64,000 nucleotides of DNA from Polyangiaceae bacterium (GCA_035063585.1 JAPSGB010000003.1:320001-384000); one strand, 5' to 3'. Positions 18,501 to 30,445 are shown, counted from the stretch's first letter. Numbers and translations: made by a program. Notes: generated by a model not told the origin, from the sequence alone.

Positions 18501-20171
18501 CGCGGTCTGGCGCGAAACCCGATCCTCGCCGGTCGGATCACCGTGAGCTTCACCATCGACGCGGGCGGCGCCGTCTCGGACGTCGCGAGCGCGGGCTCGG
18601 ACGTGCCCGACCCGCAGGTCATCGAGTGCGTGCGAGCCGCGTACACGAACCTGAGCTTCCCGCAGCCCCCGGGTGGCACCGCCAGCGTCACGAACGCGAT
18701 CGTTTTCTCCTCGGGCGGTTCGGGCGTGGCCGACGGCCGCGCCGCGGCGCTGATCGGGGTGAACCTCACGGTCGACGGGCTGCCGCGCTACGTGATGGGC
18801 TGCGGGCCGGCCTCGAAGGTCTCGCTCGGTGATCGGGTCCTGCTCTGGCGCGAGCGCCTCGCCGCGGTCGCGGGCAGCCCGACCGGGGTCGAGAACGTGT
18901 ATCGCCTCGCGCTCGCCGCCTGCGAGGCGCCCACCTGGAACGAGCGACGCCGCCTGCTCTCGATGATGCTGGACGCGCTGCCTCGGGTGAGCGGACGCGT
19001 CGCGCTCTGGCGCCTGCTGTGGAAGGAGCGCGCGGAGGCCGACGCGCTCTACCGCGGGCTCGTGGCGCGGGTGAAGACGCCAGCAGAGCTGCGCGAGCTT
19101 CACCAGGCGCTCGGGCTAGAGTCGATGGACCCGACCCTGCTCGCCAAGAAGATCCGTGAGGCCGGCTCGCCCGCAGCGCGGGTCGCGGCGCTCCGCCCGC
19201 TGGTGCAGGTGTGGCCCGACGACTTCGAGGTCGCGCTCGCGCTCATGGACGCGCTCGAGGACGCCGGCGAGCGTGGCGCCGCGCGCGAGCTCGCCAACCG
19301 GCTGCGCGCGCGCCCGGACATCGACGCTCGCGTTCGCACCGCGGTGGGCGAGCTCTTCCTTCGGCTCAGCGCCTCCGCGAAGGACCCGGACGACCAGCGC
19401 GCGGACGCCGCCGCCGCGCGCCGCACGTTCGGCGAAATCGTGGAATACGCGCCGGACGATCCGGTGGCTCGGCGCCGCCTCGGCGATCTCCTGCGCGCGC
19501 ATGGCTGGTACGCCGACGCCGCGCGCCAGTACGAGACGCTCGCCGAGCTCGCGCCGGATGATCCGGTGGTGCCCATTCTGCGCGCGGCGGCCGCCGAGGG
19601 CGAAGGGCAGCTCGAGGCCGCGGTGCGCTGGCTCGAGCGAGCCGAGGCGGGCGGCGCGCCGGGGGCGGGCGTCGATCGCAGCCCGGCCAGCGTGGCGCGC
19701 GCGCTCGCCGCGACCTACCTCGCCTGGGGTCGCCTCGAGGCGCGCGCCAAGCATCGCGACGACGAGCTCGCGGCGCTCGTGACGCGCGCCGAGCGCGTGC
19801 TCGCCGACGAGCGCGGCGGCCAGGCGAGCGCGCCTCGGGTTCGCGTGGTGCTCACCTGGGCGCACCCTGAGTTCCACCCGTCCCTCTACTCCGACGCGCT
19901 CGGGGCCGTGATGCCTGCGCCGGAGGGCGACGCCGTGCTCGGCGTCGCGCAGGTCCGGGTTCCGCGCCGGACCGGCACCAAGCTCGAAGTCCGACTCGAG
20001 CCCGACGAGCTCGAGCGGGCCGCGCGACTCGGCGCCGAGGCCGTGCTCACGGTGATCTTCGACGAGGCCGGCAAGGGTGAGAAAATAGTAAAGCAAAATA
20101 TAAAATTTGAACCCGGCGCGCCGGCCACGCTGAGGTTCACGCTCGGGGACGGCGAGGTGAGTCGTGGCTAA
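15522..20171 (+). CDS. Giant lipoprotein: FecR-like + VIT + vWA + AgmX/PglI(GltG)-type TonB-like domain + TPR
   Basis: LAAC lipobox; VIT (EVDQRFFN...EGVYRF); vWA (VVDASAA, GGATDL, YLGDG); GltG-like GGTGTRAKGEEGSMG and RIVRQNFGRFRACYERGL; TPR (APDDPVARRRLGDLL). Start ATG 15522 or GTG 15513. Confidence 0.8.
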   Translation: MKIAKSGLFCLLLVVLAACGAKERPLAPRTQTWAELRVVRSGVRVTPPGDAEREPYLRERLVDGERVRLEQGALAWVRRDGGATLLVSGPASLTLYSDSLEVESGRVFVDAPGKTALVTPSGALRLSKVRASIEVAAGGKTSAYVLTGEVRAGDETRARAGERLTLAKGAASAVAPELVWNDWTGGLATTDRVAAPAPFGVGTVGARPPGSTGAARAPLAIQRLDVRVTIDGDFALTEVDQRFFNSSSQTVEGVYRFRTPTRASLARFGVDRDGTLTWGRIKEKEAAAAQYQSNVYAGSTEDPALLEWQAPGEYAARLYPIGPGETRRVVVRYTEWLGRTGPKGERREYLYPMAAEGAEESLPHIEELTATIDVSRARAREIRAGMAGVRKGNLVIVREQDFVPRADLAVELFDDGQANPVAYRARHSSDLAVLAPEDRSRAGASALTEADYVLVPVRARDVPLPKGGLDLAIVVDASAANEPAAMALARTATASLLDHLSKDDRVVVWAGADDLRPVAPGLDRLAALDSAGKHTVLTSLATLQRGGATDLGAMLARAESSLDPARRGAVVYLGDGRATVGELSLAALKSRLAKLAHPVRLFALGIGASPDMGVLSGLVAGGFAERVDSGYDAAETSLRLFEVAERPALLATSIELGPRVERVYPRDPDTLLTDETVLVIGRVKGAMPESVALGGAAGKRSLPLARADLDDQGDLRRRWAGARLDELIASGAGRAALVDLGARYGIVTPVTSFYVPTREERLAEDEARRARELARERTELEEGEAAASAAEDSKEGGTGTRAKGEEGSMGKLGSSSRRYAVAGPKDDGDREAAQDFGIIGLLNSGAGAAAPPAQAVAAAPAAAPSPAAAPTAPPPAAEVAASPEGSPAKAGGAFGNDLAGATGAGGLQLSGMGEGGGGRGDGIGLGRIGAIGHGGGTGAGQGFGSGGGSLAGTHAAPAPKLEALSPTVTGGLPPAVVARIVRQNFGRFRACYERGLARNPILAGRITVSFTIDAGGAVSDVASAGSDVPDPQVIECVRAAYTNLSFPQPPGGTASVTNAIVFSSGGSGVADGRAAALIGVNLTVDGLPRYVMGCGPASKVSLGDRVLLWRERLAAVAGSPTGVENVYRLALAACEAPTWNERRRLLSMMLDALPRVSGRVALWRLLWKERAEADALYRGLVARVKTPAELRELHQALGLESMDPTLLAKKIREAGSPAARVAALRPLVQVWPDDFEVALALMDALEDAGERGAARELANRLRARPDIDARVRTAVGELFLRLSASAKDPDDQRADAAAARRTFGEIVEYAPDDPVARRRLGDLLRAHGWYADAARQYETLAELAPDDPVVPILRAAAAEGEGQLEAAVRWLERAEAGGAPGAGVDRSPASVARALAATYLAWGRLEARAKHRDDELAALVTRAERVLADERGGQASAPRVRVVLTWAHPEFHPSLYSDALGAVMPAPEGDAVLGVAQVRVPRRTGTKLEVRLEPDELERAARLGAEAVLTVIFDEAGKGEKIVKQNIKFEPGAPATLRFTLGDGEVSRG

Positions 20172-23100
20172 GGCCTATCGAGAGCTCGGGGTGCTCCTCG
20201 TGGTTGCGCTGCTCTTCGGTCTCGGGGTGTGGAGGCTCACCCGCCACGAGGTGCGCGCGCTTCCGGCTACGCTCGCGGATCTCGAGACCGTGCACGCGGG
20301 CGTGAAGGTCGGCGGAGGCGTCAGCGCGGGCGTTCGCCGGCTCCGAGCCGGCGACGAGCTCGAGACGGACGGAGACGGACGCGCGCGGATGCGGCTCGAC
20401 GACGGCACCAGCGTCGTGATCGATCGCGCGACCCGGCTCAGCGTGGGTGAGCGCGGGCTCCGGCTCGAGCAGGGGCGCCTGTTCGTGCTGGGCGCCAAGG
20501 GCGCGCGCACCACCATCGAGCTCGGGCAGGCGACGGCGACGCTCACCGGCGTGAACGCCGGGGTCGAGCGGCGGGGCGACCAGTCGACGCTCTACGCCGC
20601 CACTGGCGAGCTCCCACTCTCTGCGGGCGGCAAGGACTACAAACTTCAGCGCGGCGAGCAGGCCCGAGTGAGCGGCGCCACGGTGACCATCACGCCCGCC
20701 AAGGTCTTCGAGGACTGGACCGGCGGGCTCGCGGTGCCGTGGGGTGCGAGCGGCGCGCCGCGCCGCGCGGTCGGCGAGCTGTGGGGTCGTGCGGAGGGCG
20801 CGGCGCTCGGCGATCCCGGCTCGCCGCTCACCATCCGCTCGCATGACGTGTCGGCCGTCCTCGACGGCGAGGTCGCCACGACGCGGCTCGAGACGACCTG
20901 GTTCAACGGCGGCAGCGACCGCGTGGTGGGCGACTATCGCCTCGCCATCCCGCCCGGCGCGCTCGTGGAGAAGTTCGCCTGGCAGCTCGGCGACGGTCCG
21001 CTCCAGCCAGGTAGGATCGGGCTCGCGGACCGCGCCCGCACCGTGCTCCAACCGGAGGGCGTCGTGCTCGAGTGGGCCGGCGAAGGCTGGCTCCGCGGCA
21101 GCCTCCCCGGGATCGCGCCCGGCGCGACCGTGACCATCCACATCACGTATGTCGAGTGGCTCTCACCGCGTAAGACGCCGACCGGCGAGCTGGTCGCGGA
21201 GTACCGCTACCCGATGGCCGCGGCTGGCGAGCCGCCGCTCATCGGGGAGTTCTCGGCGAGGCTGGATGCCGGTCCGGCGCGGCCGGCGGCGCTGTCCGCC
21301 GGCCTCGGCGCGGCCGTCAAGGGCGCGACCGCGGAGCTTCGCAAGCAGGATTTCCTGCCGGTCGCGGACTGGGTGGCCGAGGTCTCGCTGCCGCCGTTCG
21401 ACGCCGCGGCGCGGCTCTACGTCGCAGCGCCGGACTACGAGGAGGAGCTCAAGACGGTGCTGGTTCGCACCGAGCTCCCGCCCGCGGCGCCCGAGGCTGG
21501 CGCGACCGTCGTGCTGGTGGTCGACTCGAGCGGGAGCGCGGAGCCGGCGCTGCTCAACGTGTCGCGCGCCTTCGTGGGCGCCGTGCTCGGAGCGCTCGGT
21601 GCGCGTGACCGCGTGCTCGTGCTCGCCGCCGATCAGACGGTGCGTGCGGTCGGTCCGGCGGAGCTCGGGCCCGCCGATGACGCGCGCAAGAAGGCGATCA
21701 CCGCGGCGCTCGCGCGGCTCGAGCCCGGCGGCGCGACCGATCTCGGCCGCGCGCTCGAGGCCGGCGCGGACGCGCTCCCCGCCGATGCGCCGAGCGGGCT
21801 CGTCGTCTACGTCGGCGATGGCTGGCCGACGGTCGGTGATCCGACGGTAGACGCGATCCAGGCGCGACTCGCCCGCCGCGCAGGCGGCGCGCCGCGGCTC
21901 GGCGCGGTGGCGGTGGGCCCGCTCGCCAACCGCGCGGCGCTCTCCGCGCTCTCGCGGGGCAGCGGTCCGCTGCTCGAGATCGCCGATGCGAGCGACGCGG
22001 GGGCCGCGGCCTCGGCGCTGGTCGCCGAGGCGCTCCGGCCCACGGCGGCCGACGTGACCATCGAGCTCGGCCCCGAGATCGAGCAGGTCTATCCGCGCCG
22101 CGCGCGCGCGGTGGTCGCCGGCGACACCGTGACCGTGGTCGGCAAGATGCGCGGCGCCGCGCCGAACGCGGTGATCCTCCGCTGGCGAGACGCGAAGGGC
22201 GCGCACGCGGAGCGGCGGCTCCTCGCGCCTCGCAAGGCGACCGATGAGGGCGACCTGCGCCGGCGCTGGGCCGCCGCGCGCGTCGAGGACATCCTGCTCA
22301 CCGGCAAGGGCCGCGAGGCGGCGACCGACGTCGCGCTGCGCGCCGCGCTCATCACGCCCTGGACGGCCTTCACCGATGGGCGACCCGTCTACCCCGCGAG
22401 CGATCTCGATCGTCGCCTGCTCGAGTCGTCCGGCGACGCGACCGCGGCGTTCGTCGCTCCGGCCTCGCCGCTCGGCGCGCTCTCGAACATCCCGGACGAG
22501 ATCCCCGCGCTCGCTCACGACGAGATTGCGCTCTCGGACTCGCTCGCCCGCGCTGCTGCGCGCGTGCTCGGCGATGCGGGCGACAGCGTGCGCGCCTGCC
22601 GCGACTCGCGCGCGGCGCTCCGCCCCGAGCTCTCCGGCTCGCTCGCCGTGAGCTTCGAGGTGGGGAGCGACGGGCGCGCGAAGCACGCGCGGGTGGTGGG
22701 TGACTCCGCGCTCTCCGACGACCCTGCGCTCAATCGCTGCGTCGAGGTGGTGGTCATGGGGCTCGTCTATCCGACCGGCGGCGTCACGGTGCGGGTAAAC
22801 CAGGTCATCCTGCTCCCGCCGCCGCGGGCCGGGATGCAGCGCTCGAAGTGCTCCGAGACCTCCAAGCTCCCGCTCCCGCTCCGGCGCGGGGTGTGGCGCG
22901 AGCGGCTCGAACGAGAGGGCGCTGACGCGGTGTTCTTCGCCGCGCAGCGGGCCTGCGAGCTGCCGACCTGGTCGGCGCAGCGGGTGCTGCTCGAGCTCTT
23001 GCTGAACAAGGCGCAAGACGGGGTCGAGCGGGTCCGGCTCGCCCGCGTCCTCGACGACGCCGGGGCGGGTGAGGCGGCCGCGTTCCTACGCCGCGAGGCG

Positions 23101-24159
23101 GTGCGGCGCGCTGCCTCGCCGGACGAGCTCGCGAGGGTGCGCGCCGCGCTCATCGGCGATGAACGCTACCCGGTCGCGACCTTCAGGAAGCGCTACCGCG
23201 AGGCGTCGAGCGACGAGCAGCGGCTCGAGGTGCTGCGGACGTTCCTCGCGGTCGCGCCGCACGATCCGGGGCTTCGCCGGCGGCTGCTCCTCATCCTCGA
23301 GGCGCTCGGCCGGCGCGATGCGCTCGCCGAGGAGGTCCGCCGCCTGCGCGTCGACCCCTTCGCCGACGCCGCGCTGCTCGCGGAGGCCGCCTCCGCGCTC
23401 CGCCGTATCGGCGACGAGGGCGAGGCGCGCCGGACCTTCGGCGAGCTCGCGGAGCGCGCGCCGTCCGATCCGTGGGCGCGCGCCTTCCTCGGCGATCGTC
23501 TACGAAACGAGGGTTGGTTCGATGACGCGACGGCGGCCTATGCGGCCCTCGATCAGCTCATGCCGGACGACGCCGCGGTGCTCATCCGCCTGGCGCTCGC
23601 CGACGCGGGCGCGGATCGCGTGGACATCGCTCGCCGGATGCTCGCGCGCGTCGCGCAGACCGGCGGGCGGAGCGGGGATGGCGCGCTCGCGAGCCTAGCG
23701 GAGCAGCTCGCCTCGGTCGTGCTCGCAGAGGCGCGGGCTGGCAAGGGCGTCGCCGGGGACGACCGGGAGCGCCTCCTCGCGGCCTCGCTCGAGCTCGAGC
23801 GCACCGCCCGCGGCGTGACGCTCTTGGCGTTCTACCCGGCGGCCGCCGTGCCGCTCACGGTCCAGGTGGTGCGCGGCGAGGGCAAGGCGCGGGAGGAGCT
23901 CCCGGCAGAGATCTCCGCGCCCGGGATCGGGGTGGCGGCGCTGTCGTTCGATCCCGACGGCGCGGGCGAGGCCCGCGTCAGCCTGACGCGCCCCGAGGAC
24001 CTGCCGCCGAGCGCACCGACCCGCGTCCGCCTGCGCGCGCTGGTCGCGTCCGGCTCGGCCGCCGCGCCGCCGAAGCTCGTCTCGCTCGACGTCGACGTGC
24101 CAGCCACCGGTAAGCCCGTGGAAGTGGCCTTTCGAGATGGCGCGCTCGTCGCGCCGTGA
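20164..24159 (+). CDS. Giant membrane-anchored paralogue: FecR-like + VIT + vWA + TonB-like + TPR
   Basis: N-terminal TM helix; FecR-like [15 protein letters not shown]; v[37 protein letters not shown]; shares DWTGGL, WRERL and ACE.PTW with the upstream gene. Confidence 0.8.
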   Translation: MAKAYRELGVLLVVALLFGLGVWRLTRHEVRALPATLADLETVHAGVKVGGGVSAGVRRLRAGDELETDGDGRARMRLDDGTSVVIDRATRLSVGERGLRLEQGRLFVLGAKGARTTIELGQATATLTGVNAGVERRGDQSTLYAATGELPLSAGGKDYKLQRGEQARVSGATVTITPAKVFEDWTGGLAVPWGASGAPRRAVGELWGRAEGAALGDPGSPLTIRSHDVSAVLDGEVATTRLETTWFNGGSDRVVGDYRLAIPPGALVEKFAWQLGDGPLQPGRIGLADRARTVLQPEGVVLEWAGEGWLRGSLPGIAPGATVTIHITYVEWLSPRKTPTGELVAEYRYPMAAAGEPPLIGEFSARLDAGPARPAALSAGLGAAVKGATAELRKQDFLPVADWVAEVSLPPFDAAARLYVAAPDYEEELKTVLVRTELPPAAPEAGATVVLVVDSSGSAEPALLNVSRAFVGAVLGALGARDRVLVLAADQTVRAVGPAELGPADDARKKAITAALARLEPGGATDLGRALEAGADALPADAPSGLVVYVGDGWPTVGDPTVDAIQARLARRAGGAPRLGAVAVGPLANRAALSALSRGSGPLLEIADASDAGAAASALVAEALRPTAADVTIELGPEIEQVYPRRARAVVAGDTVTVVGKMRGAAPNAVILRWRDAKGAHAERRLLAPRKATDEGDLRRRWAAARVEDILLTGKGREAATDVALRAALITPWTAFTDGRPVYPASDLDRRLLESSGDATAAFVAPASPLGALSNIPDEIPALAHDEIALSDSLARAAARVLGDAGDSVRACRDSRAALRPELSGSLAVSFEVGSDGRAKHARVVGDSALSDDPALNRCVEVVVMGLVYPTGGVTVRVNQVILLPPPRAGMQRSKCSETSKLPLPLRRGVWRERLEREGADAVFFAAQRACELPTWSAQRVLLELLLNKAQDGVERVRLARVLDDAGAGEAAAFLRREAVRRAASPDELARVRAALIGDERYPVATFRKRYREASSDEQRLEVLRTFLAVAPHDPGLRRRLLLILEALGRRDALAEEVRRLRVDPFADAALLAEAASALRRIGDEGEARRTFGELAERAPSDPWARAFLGDRLRNEGWFDDATAAYAALDQLMPDDAAVLIRLALADAGADRVDIARRMLARVAQTGGRSGDGALASLAEQLASVVLAEARAGKGVAGDDRERLLAASLELERTARGVTLLAFYPAAAVPLTVQVVRGEGKAREELPAEISAPGIGVAALSFDPDGAGEARVSLTRPEDLPPSAPTRVRLRALVASGSAAAPPKLVSLDVDVPATGKPVEVAFRDGALVAP

Positions 24160-24221
24160 GCCCGGTCTCGCGCTCCGAGCTTGCGCGGGAGCGCGGGCTC
24201 GTGCAAAGAACCGGAGGCGAG

Positions 24222-24548
24222 ATGGCAAAGCTCGAAATGGAAGACGTGAAGCTCGGCGCAGGCCGGGCGGCGGTGGCCGGCCAGCGGGTGACGGTGCACT
24301 ACACCGGGACGCTCACCAACGGCAGCAAGTTCGACAGCTCGCGCGATCGCGGGCGGGGCTTCACCTTCACGCTCGGCGCGGGCGAGGTGATTCGCGGTTG
24401 GGACGACGGCGTCGCGGGCATGCTCGTCGGCGGAGTCCGCAAGCTCACCATCCCGCCCGAGCTCGGCTATGGCGCGCGGGGGTTCCCGCCGGTCATTCCG
24501 CCGAACTCGACCTTGCTGTTCGAGGTCGAGCTCCTCGAGGTCGGCTGA
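24222..24548 (+). CDS. FKBP-type peptidyl-prolyl cis-trans isomerase
   Basis: [46 protein letters not shown] after GGAGG. Confidence 0.95.
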   Translation: MAKLEMEDVKLGAGRAAVAGQRVTVHYTGTLTNGSKFDSSRDRGRGFTFTLGAGEVIRGWDDGVAGMLVGGVRKLTIPPELGYGARGFPPVIPPNSTLLFEVELLEVG

Positions 24549-25589
24549 TTGGGCGCGGGCGCTCGAGCGCTCGGCGCACTCGCGCTCCTCGCCGCCGGGT
24601 GCTCGAGCGGCGCGAGTGAGCCCGGCTCGAGCGCGGACGCGGCGGCAGGCGCGCCGGGATGCCCCGAGGCATCCGCGCCGAGCGGGCCGCCGCCGAGCTG
24701 CGCAGGCGGGCTCGAGTGCCGAGGGCGGAGCTGCTGCGAGAGCCTCCGGGTGCCGGGCGGCTCGTTCATGATGGGCCGGAGCGCGGACGGCGCGGACGCC
24801 TACGACACGCAGAGCTGCGAGCTCTGCGGGCGCGATCAGCCGGAGATACCGGCGAGCGTGCATGACTTCTACCTCGATACCTTCGAGGTGACGGTGGCGC
24901 GCTTTCGTCGCTTCGTCGACGCTTACGACGGCACGCCGCCTGCGCCCGGGTCGGGCGCGTACCCCGGCGTGTGCGCGAGCGGCTGGCAGGCCTCGTGGAA
25001 CCCCATGTTGCCTGCGTCGCGCGAGGCGCTGCTCGCCGCGCTCGAGATCTACGACGGGTGCGGGTGCTCGAACTACACCGAGGCGCCCGGGCCGCACGAG
25101 GACGAGCCGGTCAACACGGTGAGCTGGTTCATCGGCTATGCGTTCTGCATCTGGGACGGCGGCCGGCTGCCGTCCGAGGCCGAGTGGGAGTACGCCGCGG
25201 CGGGCGGCGACGAGAACCGGTTGTTTCCGTGGGGAAGCGAGCCGCCGGATGCTTCCCGGGCCGTGTTCGGCAACTCCGAGGGCGCCCCTCCGCATCAGTC
25301 GGTGGGCGGCCTGCCCGGCGGCGCGGCGCGCTGGGGCCAGCTCGACATGGCGGGGAGCGTCTGGGAGTCGTGTCGCGACGGGTTCATCAATACGCGCTAC
25401 CTGACCGAGACGTCGTGCCACGACTGCATCGACCTCTCGCTCGGCGGCTCCGGGATGCGCCGAGGGGGCGGCTGGACCTCGGAGCCGGTGGAGCTTCGAG
25501 CCGCCACCCGCAGCGGCTATTTCTTCGGAAGGCCGTCGGTGGTGGGCGGGATCCGCTGCGCTCGCGACGCGGCACCGCGGGAGCCGTAG
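24549..25589 (+). CDS. FGE-sulfatase (SUMF1/C-type lectin fold) domain lipoprotein
   Basis: AAGC lipobox; FEVTVARF, RLPSEAEWEYAA, DMAGSVWE, RGGGW, GIRCAR. Confidence 0.88.
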   Translation: MGAGARALGALALLAAGCSSGASEPGSSADAAAGAPGCPEASAPSGPPPSCAGGLECRGRSCCESLRVPGGSFMMGRSADGADAYDTQSCELCGRDQPEIPASVHDFYLDTFEVTVARFRRFVDAYDGTPPAPGSGAYPGVCASGWQASWNPMLPASREALLAALEIYDGCGCSNYTEAPGPHEDEPVNTVSWFIGYAFCIWDGGRLPSEAEWEYAAAGGDENRLFPWGSEPPDASRAVFGNSEGAPPHQSVGGLPGGAARWGQLDMAGSVWESCRDGFINTRYLTETSCHDCIDLSLGGSGMRRGGGWTSEPVELRAATRSGYFFGRPSVVGGIRCARDAAPREP

Positions 25590-25611
25590 CGACGCGCGCC
25601 GAGCGCGCCGC

Positions 25612-26454
25612 TCAAGACAGCTCGAGCTTCAGCCCCTCGCGCGCGACCAGGACCTCGACCGCCTTCGTCTCGCCGCCCATCCAGGTGGTCGCCTGCCGAG
25701 CGATCGCGTCGAGCTCGTCGTCGGTCCGGTTCGGGTCGTGATGGTAGAGCGCCAATCGTCGCGGCGCCGCGAGCACGCCGAGCCTGAGCACCTCGTCCAC
25801 CAAGGAGTGCCCCCAGCCCTGCTTGGCCGGCATGTCCGCGCGCACGTACTGGGAGTCGTGGATGAGGAGGTCGACGCCCTCGCTGAAGCGCGCCAGCTCC
25901 TCGATGGTGACGCGAGCCGCGGCGCCCGAGGCGCTGAGCTCGTTGTCGGTGAGGTACGCGAACGACGCGTCGTCGTCGTCGACGCGGAAACCCTGCGCGC
26001 CGCCCGGGTGGTTCAGCTGGATGCGGCGTACCCGCGCTGAGCCGATCCGCCAATCCGAGCCGATGGGTCGCGCGAACTCGACCCTCGCGGGGATGTCGTT
26101 TGCGCTCACGGGGAAGTGGATGTCATCGAAGATGGTGCGCTGGAACCGCTCCTGCGCGTCGCTCGCGAGCGGATAGATGGAGAGCGACGTGTCAGGGTGC
26201 CAGAGCGGCGCGAAGAACGGCAAGCCGAGGATGTGATCCCAGTGCGTGTGTGAGAGCAGGAGGTGCACGGCTGGCACGGCACCTTCGGCGAACAGCGCCT
26301 CTCCGAGCTTCCGGATCCCGGTTCCGGCGTCGAACACGAGCAAGGTGCCGTCGCCGAGCCGCACCTCGACGCACGAGGTGTTGCCGCCGTAACGAGCGGT
26401 CTCGGGGCCTGGCGCAGGCACCGAGCCACGCACTCCATGGAACATGACGCGCAT
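25612..26454 (-). CDS. MBL-fold metallohydrolase (possible phosphodiesterase)
   Basis: GVRGS, YGGNTSC, DAGTG, HTHWDH, DNE, GHS, HHDP motifs; start ATG 26454 or GTG 26466. Confidence 0.88.
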   Translation of the reverse strand: MRVMFHGVRGSVPAPGPETARYGGNTSCVEVRLGDGTLLVFDAGTGIRKLGEALFAEGAVPAVHLLLSHTHWDHILGLPFFAPLWHPDTSLSIYPLASDAQERFQRTIFDDIHFPVSANDIPARVEFARPIGSDWRIGSARVRRIQLNHPGGAQGFRVDDDDASFAYLTDNELSASGAAARVTIEELARFSEGVDLLIHDSQYVRADMPAKQGWGHSLVDEVLRLGVLAAPRRLALYHHDPNRTDDELDAIARQATTWMGGETKAVEVLVAREGLKLELS

Positions 26455-26616
26455 CGGGCGACTCACTCTACCAGCGTCGAGAGGCTCCTCGCGCGTCCTC
26501 GAGGGCCGGCGGAGCAGGGGTTGAAGTTACAGTGTGAATGAAATCGGGCCCGCCGCGCCTCGGCTCTGGGCGACTCCTCGCGAGCGCGCCCTCCGGCAGG
26601 CGATCGTAGGGCCTCC

Positions 26617-27881
26617 TCACGGAATGCGATGGATCACCGCCGGGCTGTCGACGCCGCCGTCCGCGGCGTGATCCGTCACCACGAACACCGTGGAGGCCGA
26701 CGGGGTCGCGGTGGTCTCGAAGGTGCATGACGTCCTCGACGCCAAGAACGGCGAGAGGACGTTGACGCCGAGCGCGTCCGCCGGCGCGCGATTGTAGAGC
26801 ACCGTGCCGGTGGCGGCGCGCTGAGCGCTCACTGGCAGGAGCCCTGCGCTGGTGATGAGCCCCGACATCTCACCTCGACCTCCGCCCCCCGAGGTGACGA
26901 CGATTACCCCTCCTCGAGCCAGGAAGTCGGAGAGCGTGCTCGCCCAAGCGGTGCCGAGCGCTCCGAGCGCGCCGGCCGGCGCGGCCTCCTCGTCGTACAC
27001 GAGGAACACCTCGTAATCGAAGCCCGCGAGCCTCGTTTGCACGTCCGCGCTCGAGGTGGCCGCCGTGAGGGTGAACGTCCGGCCCTTCGCGCTTGCGTAC
27101 CAGCCGAGCGCCTGGTTCACCCGGGTTCGGGTCGCGTTCGATGCGTACTCTCCGTAGGTCAAGATTCGCACTGGGCTCGCGACCGGAAGGAACACTGCGT
27201 TGCCGAGCAGCGTGGTCTGCGGGGAGCTCTGGAAGTTCTGTTCGAAGCTCATGCAGAGCAGGGCGATGTGCCCCGCGGTCGCGCCCAGGCAGTGTCCAGC
27301 CTCGCAGATCCCGCTCGGGCAGAACCGCCCGCACGAGCCGCAGTTCAGCGGATCCGAGTCGAGATCCACGCAGGCGTTCGCGCACAGGACGAGCGGCGGC
27401 GGGCACATGATGGAGCCGTCACCGGTGGAGCCGTCACCGGTGGAGCCGTCACCGGTGGAGCCGTCACCCGCGGAGCCGTCGCCCGCGGAGCCGTCGCCCG
27501 CGGAGCCGTCGCCCGCGGAGCCGTCGCCGGCGGAGCCGTCGCCCGCGGAGCCGTCGCCCGCGGAGCCGTCGCCGGCGGAGCCGTCGCCCGCGGAGCCGTC
27601 GCCCGCGGAGCCGTCGCCCGCGGAGCCGTCGCCCGCGGAGCCGTCGCCCGCGGAGCCGTCGCCGGCGTCGTTCGAGCCGCATACGCCGGCCGTGCAGGCT
27701 TGCCCCTCGTCGCAGGTGCGCCCGCAGGCGCCGCAGTTGCGCGCGTCGCTCGCGAGCGAGACGCACGCGCCGTCGCAGCGCGTGAGCCCGTCGCGGCAGT
27801 CGCCGCCGACCACGCCGGTGTCTCCGCACGCGGCCGGGAGGCCGAGCGCCAAGAGCGCGGCGAGCGCCAGGTGTCGGAGCT

Positions 27882-27885
<4 letters not shown>
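26617..27885 (-). CDS. Cys-rich surface lipoprotein with 17x GDGS(A/T) stalk
   Basis: PAAC lipobox; two CxxxCV.L.SD..NCG.CG..C modules flanking the repeat; ATGA overlap with the ompA-like gene. Confidence 0.8.
27412..27666 (-). repeat. 17 tandem copies of a 15-bp coding repeat (GDGSA/T)
   Basis: GGAGCCGTC core recurs every 15 bp from 27412 to 27652. Confidence 0.92.
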
Positions 27886-29358
<1,473 letters not shown>

Positions 29359-29581
29359 GATTCCACGAATATGCACGAACCGTTCCTCGCTGTCCATATT
29401 CGGAACTACGTGGAAGCTCAGCAGGTTTCCCTGCGCTCCGGCCGCTCGCTGGGTCATCCGGACCTCTTCCGGCGTTCGCGTCGTGGGCGGCGAGTCCGAG
29501 TGACCTTCTCTTTCGCGGGCTCGTCGCCCGACCTCGCTCGTCGCCGCTGCGCGCGCCGCGCGATAGCGATAGAGTGCGCCG

Positions 29582-30397
29582 ATGACGCCGCGCGTTCGCG
29601 CGCCCGCGGTCGCCGGGCGCTTCTATCCCGCGGACGCCGCGGGTCTCGAGCGTGGCGTCGAGGCGCTCCTCGGCGCGGAGGCAGCGCCCCCCGAATCGGC
29701 GCTCGCGGTCATGGTCCCGCACGCGGGCTACGCCTATAGCGGCGCGATCGCCGGCGCGACCTTCGCGCGGGTGCGCGTGCCGGCGCGTGCGGTCGTGCTC
29801 TGCCCGAACCACACCGGAGTCGGCGCGTCGCGCGCGCTCTGGGCCTCCGGCATCTGGGAGCTTCCCGGTGGAGCGATCGAGGTGGATGCCGAGCTCGGGG
29901 AGCGGCTGTCCATCGAGGCGGGCGTGGTGGATGACCCGCGCGCGCACCTCGGCGAGCACGCCATCGAGGTCGAGTTGCCGCTGCTGCGCGCGCGTCGCGC
30001 GGACGTGAAGCTCACGCCGCTGGTGCTCGGCCGGCTCCCGCTCGCCGCCTGTCACGAGGTCGGCGAGGGGCTCGCGCGCGCCATCGACGAGGTCGGCCGA
30101 GACCAGGTGCTCGTGGTGGCGAGCAGCGATCTGTCGCACTACGTCTCGGCCGAGCGCGCCGCCGAGCTCGACCGGCTCGCGCTCGCCCGGGTCGAGGCGC
30201 TCGACCCGGACGGGCTCTACGAGGTCGTCGGGCGCGAGCACCTCTCGATGTGCGGCTTCATCCCGGTCACCGTCATGCTGGTCGCGGCGCGCGCGCTCGG
30301 CGCGACCCGGGCCACGCTGGTCCGCTACGGCCACTCCGGCGAGGTCACGGGCGATCGCTCGCGCGTGGTCGGCTACGCGGGCGTCGTCATCGCGTGA
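29582..30397 (+). CDS. amrB: AmmeMemoRadiSam system protein B (MEMO1 family)
   Basis: PAVAGRFYP, PHAGYAYSG, PNHTG, EHAIEV, SSDLSHY, SMCG, VVGYA. Confidence 0.93.
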   Translation: MTPRVRAPAVAGRFYPADAAGLERGVEALLGAEAAPPESALAVMVPHAGYAYSGAIAGATFARVRVPARAVVLCPNHTGVGASRALWASGIWELPGGAIEVDAELGERLSIEAGVVDDPRAHLGEHAIEVELPLLRARRADVKLTPLVLGRLPLAACHEVGEGLARAIDEVGRDQVLVVASSDLSHYVSAERAAELDRLALARVEALDPDGLYEVVGREHLSMCGFIPVTVMLVAARALGATRATLVRYGHSGEVTGDRSRVVGYAGVVIA

Positions 30398-30445
30398 GCT
30401 GCGCGGCTCGACGCGGGAGCCTCGCGCCATTACGTTGTCGAGACC

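Noticed and set aside
27412..27666. Regular short repeats as a CRISPR array
   Set aside because: Tandem 15-bp in-frame coding repeats with no spacers and no cas genes; the same holds for 60642-60911 and the 99-bp TSP3 repeats
29403..29416. parS site
   Set aside because: Only the half-site ACGTGGAA matches; the full GTTCCACGTGGAAC palindrome is absent
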